Positions 13,901-25,700 of a DNA stretch of 64,000 nucleotides are shown one piece after another (position 1 is the first letter of the stretch; the number at the start of each line of letters is the position of its first letter). The notes beneath the pieces were generated by a model. The model had not been told where the DNA came from and searched no databases. It saw only the letters and a program-made list of their open reading frames with translations. Position numbers and translations under genes: made by a program. The DNA is from Felis catus (lineage: Eukaryota). The DNA lies in the NCBI RefSeq assembly GCF_018350175.1, contig NC_058368.1:157482001-157546000 (forward strand), read 5' to 3'.

Positions 13901-14866
13901 CTATTGATACCACTGTGGAATTCTGTAAGCCCTTAGGAATCCCTAAGTCTAGGAAGGCAGGTGGCCATTCCTCTAGAAGCCCAAGCTTTAGAACTCAAGC
14001 ATAGTGGCTAATCACATGAGCTCATCTTTAGGAAGCACTCTCTTACATTTCACAAACCCAGAAATGGAATTCTTCTTCATCTACAAATACCCATATTGCA
14101 TCAAGGATCTAATTACAGTAAGACAAACCAGCCTGGCTGGCCAGTTGAATTCAGCAGGCAGGAGTTATAAATGACACATCTCTATTGTCATGCATAGCAG
14201 AATCATCTGACCCCAGCTTGAGAATTGAGCAATCATAAAATAACAGAGCTACTTCCTGCCACTGCCAGTCTCCTGTTCCAATCTCAGAAAGGTAAAACCA
14301 GTGGAGCAGGTCTGCATAGGTCTTGGCATTCAATAAAACGAACCCCAAACACTCCACCTGGAAGCCTCAAGCCTCTCTCTGCCTTTGCCCCACTGCAATC
14401 AGTTGAAAATCAGTTGAGGCAAATTCTCCCTATTGCCTTCAGCAGACAATCCATAATTTAGATGGCTGTTTTTCATGGAACTCCCCTGTGCTTTATAAAC
14501 AACGATGAAGCCTCTTCCATGCCCCAGTAAGAAGGCATGTTTTCACTTTACCTGAGGAAGGGGTTAAAAGACAAGTACAGTGTTAAATGTCCAGTGGGGG
14601 AGGGCTACGGACACAATCATAACATTGGGGACCTCATTTGCTCGTGAGGCTCTTTGTTGACCTAACCAGAATCACTGCTGGCACCGACTGACCGATTGTT
14701 CTAGGTTTTCATGTCAGTGTTTAGTTAAGGATTTCTTCCTTTCCCTCCTATTATTCCTTCAGAAAATGTGTAAAACTTGGGAAGTTAAAGATCTAGCTAG
14801 GAGAATATCCTTATGTCTAATTCAGACTGGTTAGCCTCTAGAGCAGGAGTCTGTTACTGAGATGGC

Positions 14867-15064
14867 TTTTTTTTTTTTTTTTTTTGAAAGATAGCACAAA
14901 CGAGGGTGGGGCAGAGGCAGAGGGAGAGAATCTCAAGCAGGTTCCACACCCAGCACAGAGCCTGACGTGGGGCTTGCAGGCTCGATCTCACAACTGTGAG
15001 ATCATGACCTGAGCCAAAATCAGGAGTCGGGATGCTTTAACCGACTGAGCCACCCTGGGGCCCC
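14867..15064 (-). mobile_element. Can-SINE
   Basis: Poly-T followed by a reversed SINE body; TSD tgagat(g/a)gcttt. Confidence 0.9.
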
Positions 15065-15399
15065 TGAGATAGCTTTTTACTATGAAGAAGAGATCGTGAT
15101 TCCAGACCCTGCCTCCTGTTTCCACCTGCACTGTCCCAGTCTCCTTCAAATAGCCTGTTAAGACTGCACACATTCAAAAACAAGGGAAACATACTTTTTC
15201 TTAAAAAGTGCTTGGCCTTCCTTCACATTTACCATTTCTGACAAAATCAACTTACAGACAATAATCTAGATATTACCCCACCCCCCACATTCTAGTCTCC
15301 TTTGAATCAAGAGTTTGTCTAGCCTGTGTGGTGTCACTGGAACGGTCACTTTGTGAAGCTCATTGTAAGGTACCAGCACATGAGGGGCAATATGGAGAA

Positions 15400-15565
15400 A
15401 CGGTTTAGAACGCAGATGCCAGGGTCAGGTTTCCCAGATTCCACTGTTTACTAGCTGTGTCATGGACAAGTTTCTTAACTTCTCTAAGCCTCAGTTCACT
15501 CACCTATAAGATGGAGATAACAGGGTTGAGGTGAGGAGTAATGGGACAATGCACGTATAGGAAAC
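15400..15565 (+). mobile_element. MIR SINE
   Basis: tactagctgtgtcatggacaagtttcttaacttctctaagcctcagtt...tataagatggagataa core. Confidence 0.7.
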
Positions 15566-15834
15566 AATCGGTAAGTGATTCTTGTTCTCCAAGTAGATGT
15601 TGCCTCCGGAGGGCATGCCCTACACTTTGAAAACAGGCAGGTCCTGGAACAAATACCCTGCCCCCACTTCCTAGAGTCGCCAACAAGAAATAGCTCTGTC
15701 CCAGGAGGATCATTTACATTAGGGCATCAGAGAGCACTCTGTTAGGGGTTTTTGTTTTTGTTTTGAAAGATAAATTTAAGAGCCTTGAAAGGAGACAAAG
15801 GAAAAACAATTCCCAGAATTGCAAAGTTAACATT

Positions 15835-15840
15835 TTTATT
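15835..15840 (-). terminator. Distal polyadenylation signal AATAAA
   Basis: Minus strand reads AATAAAAATGTTAACTTTGCAATTCTGGGAATTGTTTTTCCTTTGTCT, i.e. hexamer plus U/GU-rich downstream element. Confidence 0.7.
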
Positions 15841-15955
15841 GAACTGAAATTGGTGTAGAACAAAAGGGACCACCACAGCTGCTGAAAAGTCCTTGTGACA
15901 TTTTACCTTTGAGGGTCCTAAGATGGTTTGGGTGGAACAACTGAGAAACAGTGTG

Positions 15956-15960
<5 letters not shown>

Positions 15961-16016
<56 letters not shown>
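15961..16016. repeat. (TG)13-TA-(CA)14 compound microsatellite/palindrome in the 3'UTR
   Basis: Direct reading of the sequence. Confidence 0.92.
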
Positions 16017-16020
<4 letters not shown>

Positions 16021-17439
16021 TACTTAGAAATGAGCCTCACATCCTTGTTTAGTTTTGGGTTACAAAGAACAATGATAACATCTTCTGTTGCCTTCATTTA
16101 GTAATGTCAGTTAATATTCTTTCACAAAAAGTTCCTCAAAATGCTGGCTAGAATTTTCCCCCCATCCGGTACACGTAAGAAAAGGATTCAATAACACTTA
16201 GGCAAGTAATAAACCATAAGAACTTCAATAGCAGTAAGGGCATATACCACGCATACATGACTCAACACTCACACTGCCAGAAATACAGTGAACTGGCTAA
16301 AGAGTTTCAGCCAAGTTCCAGAAGCAGAGAATGCACTAGTGGAAGGGGTAAGGCAACCAAGGAGACTGTTGGAACTGATGGACCACTTGTGTCTAACCAT
16401 TTCAGCATCTTGCTTCCAACATCCAAGTATGCATTTGTTTTACATCATGAGGTGAAATGCTTTAAGGGAAAAGAAAACTATTAAGTTTAAAAGATCAGAG
16501 ATGAAAGGAAATGAATACTGAATTTTTACAGTCACTGTGCATGGAGCAATGATATAAACTGACCACACCAATTATTTTTGTGAGAGCAAGTACTGAACCA
16601 CCATCAAACTCAAGAGTTGGAAGTTACCCCCAAGTATTATTCCAAGGGAAATAAATAACAAGATAGGAAACAGAACCCCTGCTTAAAAAACAAAACCACA
16701 TCTAGTGAATGTTCCTTTTGGTTTGTACTCAGTCAGCTGCTCATTCAATCTGGAGTTAATCTGGTGTTGGTAAAAATTTCCAAAAGTGCTTCAAATTATT
16801 TTAGATGAAATGTGACAAATGCACACACACGCGCACACACACATACACATACCCCTCATTCTCTCATCTTGATAATGCTGTTTTATACTTACTGTGTCTC
16901 TCAAAACAACTAAATAAATCTTTCCACTAGAGTGGTACTAAGTGGCCACTCATTCCTGTAGCAATTATTTGAGGGAATCTAAAAATCTTGCAGTAGGAGA
17001 TAAAGGATGACTATAAATATTTTACTAGGCTCATGGCCATCTTCAAAATAGCAGATTCAGAGATTTATAGCTCAAATTTGTGCCGACAAACACACATTTT
17101 GCAAGGATCTGCCCCATGTATATAACAAACATCTAAATTAAGGCTTTTATAGGTAGGTGGTCAGGTCTGTGAATGTGCAACGCTGGATTTTCATGACCTA
17201 TCTCCAGCTTCCATTATCACCCAATTTGTAAACCAGAAGATGTGCTGTTGTGGGTAGGTGGGAGCTCCAAGGGCTAACAACCAGGGAAGGCTTGTTCGTA
17301 AACAAGATCTGAAATAAGAGTTGGCAGTGAAGCAATTGAGAGGATGCCTCATATCATGTAGAGGGAAGAGTGATTTGTACCTGCTGACATGGATAGGCAG
17401 GAGATTTAGAGACCTAAAGGTTTAGTGCCATTACTAAAC

Positions 17440-17578
17440 CAATGATCCTCACACTTTGACTTGCAAAAGTCACCTGGAGCATATTTAGGAAAATGTGGAT
17501 ACCTGGGCCCTATACCCAGGGATTCTAATTTGGGTGATGCAAGTGTTTGTCCAAGTACCTTGCTTTTGAAAAACACTG
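17440..17578. mobile_element. MER5-like hAT fragment inside the 3'UTR
   Basis: caatgatcctcacactt...tcacctggag...cctgggccctatacccagggattctaatt...tttgaaaaacactg. Confidence 0.55.
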
Positions 17579-18105
17579 CTCATAGCAAATAGCAGCAGAC
17601 AATCTTTGATTAAAAGGCCAAGATGTCCAAGAAATGACACCAGTGAGGTCATTACCTATAGACAAATCCCTCAGGAGACTCCACCATAATATAAGGAACA
17701 CATTTATTCCCATTTCCTATCTTTTTTCAACTCAAAGTTTGAAATCAATGAACATTTAGTAATGATTGTACCAATTCTGAGGTAAAAGGAAGAGCACCAG
17801 GGATCTCAATGCTAAAAGAAACCAATTCTCTAGGACGTCTGTGCTACAGAAAAATCAAATTCCTGTAGTAATGTTACAGAGTTATAGTGTACAGGGTCTT
17901 GTATCAGTCTTTGTATCGTCTTTTACTTCTGCATACATTTCTATATTATCTACTCTTTCCAGTTAATGTTTTAGAAGAATTCAAAGAGAAAAGTTCATCT
18001 ACATGCTCTCAGGTTCTCTAGATACCAACATTTTCTGGTTTATACCGATACACAACAAAGTTACTTATTTATTTATTTATTTTTTGGATGCTGGAGACAA
18101 ACATC

Positions 18106-18111
18106 TTTATT
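18106..18111 (-). terminator. Candidate intermediate polyadenylation signal AATAAA
   Basis: Minus strand AATAAAGATGTTTGTCTCC, followed by further AATAAA copies in a (TAAA)n run near 18065-18082. Confidence 0.4.
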
Positions 18112-19206
18112 AAAGATACTACCAAAATTTTGGCAAACATTTCAAAACAGATTTGTAAACATAATGCTTCCCTTTTCAACTGGCAGCACTTTGAAAAGAC
18201 AATACGATAAGACAACACAACTTGAATCAACATTAGTTCAAAATCCTTATATTTTTGACCACATAACTTATGTTCCCACATGATAAAACAAATGATAGTT
18301 TAAATCAACGTCAACAGATAAACTCCATGAAATGAAAGTTTGTGCTGTTTGATGAATCACAGTATGTTATGGTTAAATATATCTGCTCTTTTTTATATTC
18401 CTGGCTCCCAGGATGAAAAAAAATCTTTAAATATACATTTCATGTAGGTAATAGCTTCTTTGCATATCTCTCTTCAAAAAATACTTTATAGCAGTATATA
18501 AATAGGTTACCTACATGTTTAATTTTATAATTTTGCCCCAAAACTATAGATCTGTTTCATTTTCATAACATATTGATTTTGCCCAACATTAATAAAGCTG
18601 ACAAACTGTTGAAATGGAAATGCTTTTGTCTTCCACGATAGAAGTAGCAATTTGACAGAAAAAAAAAAACAAAAACAAAAACAACCCTACAGTAACACTC
18701 GTCTGTTGTTTAACCTGAGCGTTTGGCCTACTGAGAGTAGCAGCTTTTTTCCTCCATGCACGCTCACATCCACACCACCTCTGCACACATACTGGTCGAG
18801 CACACGCTTTCAGACGCTGGTAGGCCACAGTATACTTCCCATTGCTCTAACCAAGTGGGAAGTAGTGTAGCTAATGATTAACCACACTATGTACACATCT
18901 AGCAAACACCTTAAGGCAACCATTGCAATGGGGGGTTAACTTGCAGGGCGGATTTACTGTTCTAGATCAAGTCAGCCTGTATGTACATATGTGTGCATAT
19001 TTATACACATACACATACACCTTTCTATTTCTTAACCCTCCAAAACAATGTTTAAAAATTTTTTTTTGTATTTTGTGCAAATTTCTAAATATTCTACCAT
19101 TTAAGGCAAAGAGTTTGCATTAAGAAAGGTCAGAAAATAGGCTTATGTTTATCCAAAAGCATTTCACCTTGCACATTACTGTTTTTTTTTTTTAAACACA
19201 CATAAC

Positions 19207-19354
19207 TTTGAAGTATGGACATTGGATCCCCAATATCTTAAAAAAAATCATTTCTAATGACAAACATAAGTTTTTAAGGAAAAGAGCTGATTTGAAGTGT
19301 AGACACTGGATCTCCAATATCTAAAAAAAATTATTTCTATTGACAAACATAAGT
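19207..19354. repeat. Imperfect direct duplication, 65/64 bp copies at 19207-19271 and 19291-19354
   Basis: Manual alignment shows 6 substitutions and 1 indel. Confidence 0.9.
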
Positions 19355-19557
19355 CTTGGGGGTGGGGTAGGCATGGGAAGAAGGACCAGAAAAAGCAGCT
19401 TCAAAAATGCAGGGAAGCAAAGTAAAATGGAAAAAAAAAAAAAAAAAAAAAAGTAAATAACTCAAGTTTACTAATACTGAAACTTTCAACAAGCAAAGTT
19501 TCATTTTTTTAGCATCTTAGAGCAACTCATTTGGAATTTTAAATAAATAAGCTTAAG

Positions 19558-19563
19558 TTTATT
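19558..19563 (-). terminator. Candidate proximal polyadenylation signal AATAAA
   Basis: Hexamer located 25 nt after the TAG stop. Confidence 0.35.
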
Positions 19564-19588
19564 CACATCTTCTGGTCCAAGCAGAGAT

Positions 19589-19705
19589 CTAGTGCCATGA
19601 CTCTGCTTGCTGTTGGTCAAATTCACCTATTAGTCTTTTGATGTGAGCCAGCTTGTTATGAAGATACTCGCATCTGTATTTTTCTTCATGATAATTGGGA
19701 CTGGA
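19589..19705 (-). CDS. ELL2: ELL2 exon 12, coding part (117 nt incl. TAG)
   Basis: ctgcag|TCCAGT...; [38 protein letters not shown]. Confidence 0.96.
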   Translation of the reverse strand, partial: SSPNYHEEKYRCEYLHNKLAHIKRLIGEFDQQQAESWH

Positions 19706-22700
19706 CTGCAGAGGAAACAGACGGGAGGAATTAGGTTGCAGAATTTATAATACTGCCCCAACTACGGGTCAGAAACCCACAGTGATGATTCCTACCTGCT
19801 TGATCTTCTGATATTCTTGTAAGACTTCTTCATGAACATTCTACAAAATTAAAAATTAAAATCAGAAGGGAACAATTTTTTTTTTTTTTTTTTTGGGCAA
19901 TATAAACAGCTAACACACATTCAGCAAGGGTGGGGAAATACTGATGATGGGAATGTAAATTCGTACGCTCTTTAAAGAAGGCAATTGGCAACAGCTATCA
20001 AAATAGCAAATGCAAAACTGACTCAGCACTTATACCTCTCTTTCAGATTTGCTTGCTCCTGAGTGAAATGCTGCACATAGAAGGTTATTTGCTGCAGTAC
20101 CGTTTGTAAAGCAAAAGACAGTAAAGAAAATTTAAATGTCCATTAATCCATACAAAGGAATATGAAAAGGCCATTAAAAGGGGTAAGTGCTTCATGTACT
20201 TATATAAAGTTCTCTAAGATGCATTATATTGTTTAGTGAAAAAAAGCAAAGTGCAGAATGACTTATACAGTTTGATATCATTTGAGAAGAAATATAATAC
20301 ATTCTAACCACTTCCTTCTAAGATGCATGTTTCCTCTCATTTTAATGCAATCAAATAATGTGTGACAGTTTAACTTACTGGAACAGAAGACAATAGTACA
20401 TATTGTAACTGATGACATCTTAGATTCAATTACATATAGCACACAGGTGAATTTGCTTGTGTATATACTTGTGTATATACATCTTACACACACAAACCTC
20501 TGAAAGAATGCACTGGAAACCAGTACCATTGATTGCCTCTCAGGAGGGAAATTGGGTGGCTAGGGAAGATGGCTTACTTATCTAACCTTATGTACTATGG
20601 ACTAAGCAGTTTCCAAATACTTACATTTATTCTGCACAACTCTATCTAATCACTTTATTTTATGGATGGGGATTCTGAAGAAAGTTAGGTAATTTGCCCA
20701 AGGTCACACAAATATTCAATGGTAGAGCTGGGAATCAAACCCTGGCAGTTTAGCTCCGTAGCCTGCTCCTAACCACTAAGCAATCCTTGGAATTACATTA
20801 GAGTTTAAATATAATCATGGTACACTGGTAAATAACTACATGTTAAAAAAAAAAAAAAAAAAAAAGAAAGAAAGAAAGAAAAAAACACCCCACCATATCA
20901 ATGACCTCTTGCACCCTCAAACACAAATTCCTCTGGCAAAGTCTTCCATAACTCTAGGTAGCCTGTTTAAAGATTAAGACCCACTAATGGAAGGCATGGT
21001 CTTTAGAGCACAGATGTTCTCAGGTTGTTTTGCCAATTGTGGGAAACCCATTCACGTTCTCTCATGTGGGTCCCTGTCAGAACAACAGTTACTAGGCCAG
21101 AACGAAGGCATCGTCTATGGTTGTGAATTGTGACAAATTTATCTGGCCTACATAAGGAGGGACACATTCATTTGCATTAATCCTTTTGCTTATAACTATG
21201 AGAAAGAACAACCAGAATGTGGGTCTGGCTTTTACTGGTTTGCCAGCTATGGTAATACTACTAATTAAAGTAGGGAAGGGAAAATGGCTTAGTATCTGTT
21301 AACAAATGTCAGTCTTTGGAATAGCTGGAAACACCAAGCTTTTCTTCACTTAAGCCCCAAATCTCTGTGGTATTAAACCCTTTTTATATTTTATGTCTAT
21401 ATCTTCCCTATTCTAGGCCAGATTGAGTTTTTTTCTAAAAAAACATAGACTTGAAATAGCAATTTTTGGGAACAGCACAAGATCTAACAGCTATGGTCTG
21501 AGTTGGCAATGCAGTTAAATATTTCAATGAATTCCAAATCAACTTTTTTCCTATTTAGTTGTGTTTGCTTTTTACCTTGATACTCTATTATGTTACAGTA
21601 AGTATATAAGCCTCTATTACATATTTTATACATATTATGTTATATAAAGTTATTTTCCACTAACAGAAATACAGTTCGTTGTGTTTACTTATTTTAGAGA
21701 ACTATTTCAAATACTGTATTTAGTTTCCTAGCTAATTTTCAATGAAGACCAAAAGCTGCAGAGAGGCTGGTTTGCCAGAGGACATTCTCCAAAGGCCAGT
21801 GGGATGCCTGGGGGTGGACCGGGTAGAGAACAAAGAAGGTAAAATATGGAAGTGAGCCTGTCTAGGAGCAAACATGTTTACCTGATACTCTTTTGAGCCC
21901 GGAGAAAGCCGCTTTCGTTGTGCATCAAGTTTGATAAATCGTCTAGCTACGGTCTCCATCCTGGCATGCAAGGCCCTGTATTCATCATATTCAGCATTGA
22001 AGTCATCCTTGTAATTCTGGCGTTGCTCATAGGAGACGATAGCAATGTATTTTCTAATAAGAAAAAAGAAAAAAAAATAAATGGAGAGAGACTACAGAAT
22101 AAACATAATGCACAAGTCTGAAATTTAAAACAAATATTTAGAAACTGTATCCAAGCATGTTTCCCTAGATTGAAAGTTGCCCTGCCACTGTTTGCTGCCA
22201 TGTCACTCCTTCAAAGAACTTTCAGGTGAAATTATCCCACAGGAGAGCTTAAGATGTTCAGTGAAGGAAAGTGAAATGTGAAAAGAACACGGTGGCAATG
22301 GAATTGAAGTGTGACTAGAAAACAAGGCTTATACAGATTTAGCTTCCTAAACCTTTCTCTATCCAAAATAATTCACCACCACTCTAGCGGCAGAGGCCAA
22401 CCCATCTGTTCCGAGTCACACGGAAACAGAAGGACTCGGTGGGTAACATGAAACCAGGAGAGTGTCACCCAGTCACTAAGTAAACGCTGAAGTCAAAGCT
22501 CTCTCTAGTTGTGCGGCTAAGAGGAGGTCTGTCTTTTGGCCGTTTACACCTGCTGCCAGTAAGGCGCCTGAAGCTTGTTCCCTCTGCCTCTTTCCTCCCA
22601 TGTTTGACTAGGCAAATGTATAGAATACAAAAGGGAATGAATAATTTTCCTCTTTTGAAATGACAGACTGGAAGAAAAAAAAAAAAGAAAAAAGGGCATA

Positions 22701-25700
22701 TCTCTCTAGGTCTTTTCAGCCCTAAAGTGTCATATTCTATGTAACTGAACGTCAGTGTCACAGTATTATTCTAACTTAGTTTCTTCACGAATCTGTTTTA
22801 CTTTAGGGTGTAAATACCTCTAGGGAACGGGTGAGTGAAGGCCATTTTCCCAGTGTGTCAGTTTATTCAGTGGTAAGCAAATTAAAACATCATTTTAATA
22901 TTAAAACACAGTATTATTTGTTTGTGGCTCTGGGAAGTGGGATCACACCAGGGGCTGGCCTGGGTCTCTGTACTCTGCGTTCCTGCCATGGAATGCTAAG
23001 TTCCCTTGACTTTCTGAGATAAAAACTGACATTCCAAAGCAATCTCCATCAGGGGCAGGTGCTTCAGCACTCCCGGACATGCACAGATATTCTTAACTGT
23101 GGGAAAACCTTGGAGTTCAGTCCTTCACAAAAATGGTTTTAGATAACCTTACCAGTTTTATTTAAAATGAGATGGCACAAATGTCTGGTTGGCAATGTGA
23201 GAAAAGCGATGCAACTGAGCACTTAATGTCCTCATTAATATTTTTATTCATGCCAAGTTAGCCTTTGTGGAGGTTCGGTTTCTAAGTGTGAGGGAGACAG
23301 CACTGGTATGCTGATGTCTCTGATGTAAGAAGAGTGTGGTGAGCCAAGCAGTGACGCAGGGCTGTCCTGATGTCACAGCGGAGGAAGCCCAGGGCAGGAA
23401 AGCGCTTCCTGGGCACAAGTGCAGGTAAGCAAAATGGCTACACTGCTCGAGAAACTCTGGCTTAATGTGTTCTATGAAATATCCTGCTTTCTCAAGATCA
23501 CACACAAGGCTTCACCCTCAGTATTTTATTTAATAATTTCCTTAGGGAAAAACACCAATCTGGCCAACAGTTGTGTTGCTATTATAGAAGATTATTTGGT
23601 TATATTGGCACTTGAATGAAAGGCATTTCACTATTTTTAACAAAAATTGTTATGGTTCTACAGCTGGCTCTAAATGTAATGATGGAATAAAATTTTAAAG
23701 GGTTTGGATATTTCACAGCCACAAGTAACAAAAGTATTCTTATTATATAAAAATTAGGGATATTGTGGTTTAGGTATGAATTATTCAGAGGCTGATCATT
23801 AAGGTTTTATTGTATGTCTTTTTGGTTTTCTTAAGAAACAGCTTAAGTTCTGTAATTGCAGTGATTTTTCTGAAAATCCATGATTTCTCACCATTTTAAG
23901 AAAATTGGCTATAATCATAATAGACAGTTTTGTGACAAAATAAATTGCTTTTACTTTAATAAATTAAGCAAACGATTACACAGGTTACATACTTTTGTGA
24001 TTTTTGAGAGCCAGAAACGTGACAAATGTGCCAAAATGCACTGAGGCAGATGCAGCGACCATCCCTTAGATTAGGATGTTAAAAACCAGTTTTTAAATAT
24101 AGAATTAACTGGTTAAGTTGACAAAGCACAGCAACATCCTGAGTGCATGAGGAAAGGGTTAGAATTCTTTTTTAGCCTCCCCACACGATTCTGTCACATA
24201 GAACTAGTTTACATCACTATTACAAAAAAGAGGAATTCAAAATCCACCGCAAGAGAATGAGAGCACAGTCCTGCAGTTGTCAACGGAGGGGGCCAACTTC
24301 TGCAAGACTTTTAAGGAGAAGTGGGTTTGCAGTAGGAGAGGCAAACCCCTCATCAGTGGAGCCAGACGCTATGCTGTCCCCCAAGCAACCCTCCCTGGGC
24401 CAGCTTGGTGGTGGCCACTTTTCACAGCTCCCCCACGCCCCGAACTCTAAAACCAAATACCGCCTCCGATGAGAGAGTGCTCGGTATGGTTTCTTGGGTT
24501 CTTTTTAGTCAAGAGATGATAACCAGCATTATGGTTTCATGCTGTATCATTCCCCAATAAGTATAGCTTTCACACTACTGTTAAGCAAAAGTAACACATT
24601 TTAAGTATATTCTTTACTCTGGAAATCAACATTTTGTGGTACACAGAATGCTAAACAGCACAGTTTAACTTTGTCCACCATGAGATGCTAATAGAGAAAA
24701 AACGTTCATACAGCTCAGAGTCCATTTTCCAATCTACATTCTAATTATTTTGCACACTTGTTCATTTTCAAAGCTATCTGCAGTCAAGTCTGTCTGTTCT
24801 TCCACTCTCCATTTTTCCAGGCTCTTGCAACTTAATTATTTCTTCTTACAGAAGCCTTTGAGTCTATAAAAAAGCTAGAATTATGTCTACAAGTTATAAT
24901 TTTTGTGATAACCAGTTACAAAAATGTCCCCAGCTCAGCGTTTAGCAACTTGTTGTCATAACAAGAAAAACATTATAACTGGTACTAAAGTGAAATGATC
25001 TGATTTTACTCTTCTCTCCTTTTAAAATTAATTCCATGGCAGAACTTTATTTAAATGAAAATCAGTCTATCTCTACTTTGTATTAACTGTGGAGATTTAA
25101 GCACTTTATCAGTAATAAACTCTCTCTTTGGGGCAACAAGTGAATGTGCATTGATAGACTGTCAGCTTTGAAGAGTCAGACCCCTGAAATCTTCCACAAT
25201 CAAATGCCTGACCTGGCCACAGAACAAAGGACAGGCTTCTCTATACTTAAAGGCCACAGAGCAGAACTCAGCGCTGGGGGAGACACAACCTGCTTAGGCA
25301 GACAGGGGTGGATTTGGGACGAGCAGGCTTAATGGCAGCCTTTCAAATGCAGGGGTGGCTCTGGGACTCTATTTCTGGAACTTCTTTTCTCATTTGCAAA
25401 TTATGGGAAAAGAATTTGCAAACTTTCTAAAATTAAACAGTTCTCTCCCATTGGCAGACATCTGAACTTACATCAAATAATCTGGGAGTTCAATTGTTGA
25501 AGAAGGCTCCGTGGAGGCAGTGCAGCCCTCTTTAACTCCTACAAAGAAAAAAAAAAAAAAATCAAGCTTTCACCCAACAGTATGGTTATAAAATGCCTAT
25601 AATTCTAAAATAGATCAGAAACATCTGGAACACTCTTCCTCAAATTCTATTCTTCCATCTCAATAAGCAACAGTGAGCAAGGAATACAATTGCACACGAA

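Larger units (their letters stand above)
15815..19588 (-). other. ELL2: ELL2 long 3'UTR (~3.8 kb; 3' end approximate)
   Basis: AT-rich and repeat-poor sequence after the stop. It ends at an AATAAA with a U/GU-rich downstream element. The end point is inferred, not observed. Confidence 0.7.

Noticed and set aside
25..15713. Many 60-166 aa ORFs downstream of ELL2 (e.g. 1886-2341, 6028-6486, 10791-11291)
   Set aside because: No recognisable protein features or splice structure. Many overlap SINE, L1 or microsatellite sequence or use non-ATG starts, as expected by chance.
16923..16936. CTCF-like motif CCACTAGAGTGGTA (similar one on the minus strand near 22376-22390)
   Set aside because: It deviates from the core AG(A/G)(G/T)GGC and cannot be supported without ChIP data.
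22405..22439. Two small overlapping alternative stem-loops (ccgagtc...gactcgg; tctgttccg...cggaaacaga)
   Set aside because: Stems of 7-9 bp are expected by chance in 64 kb.
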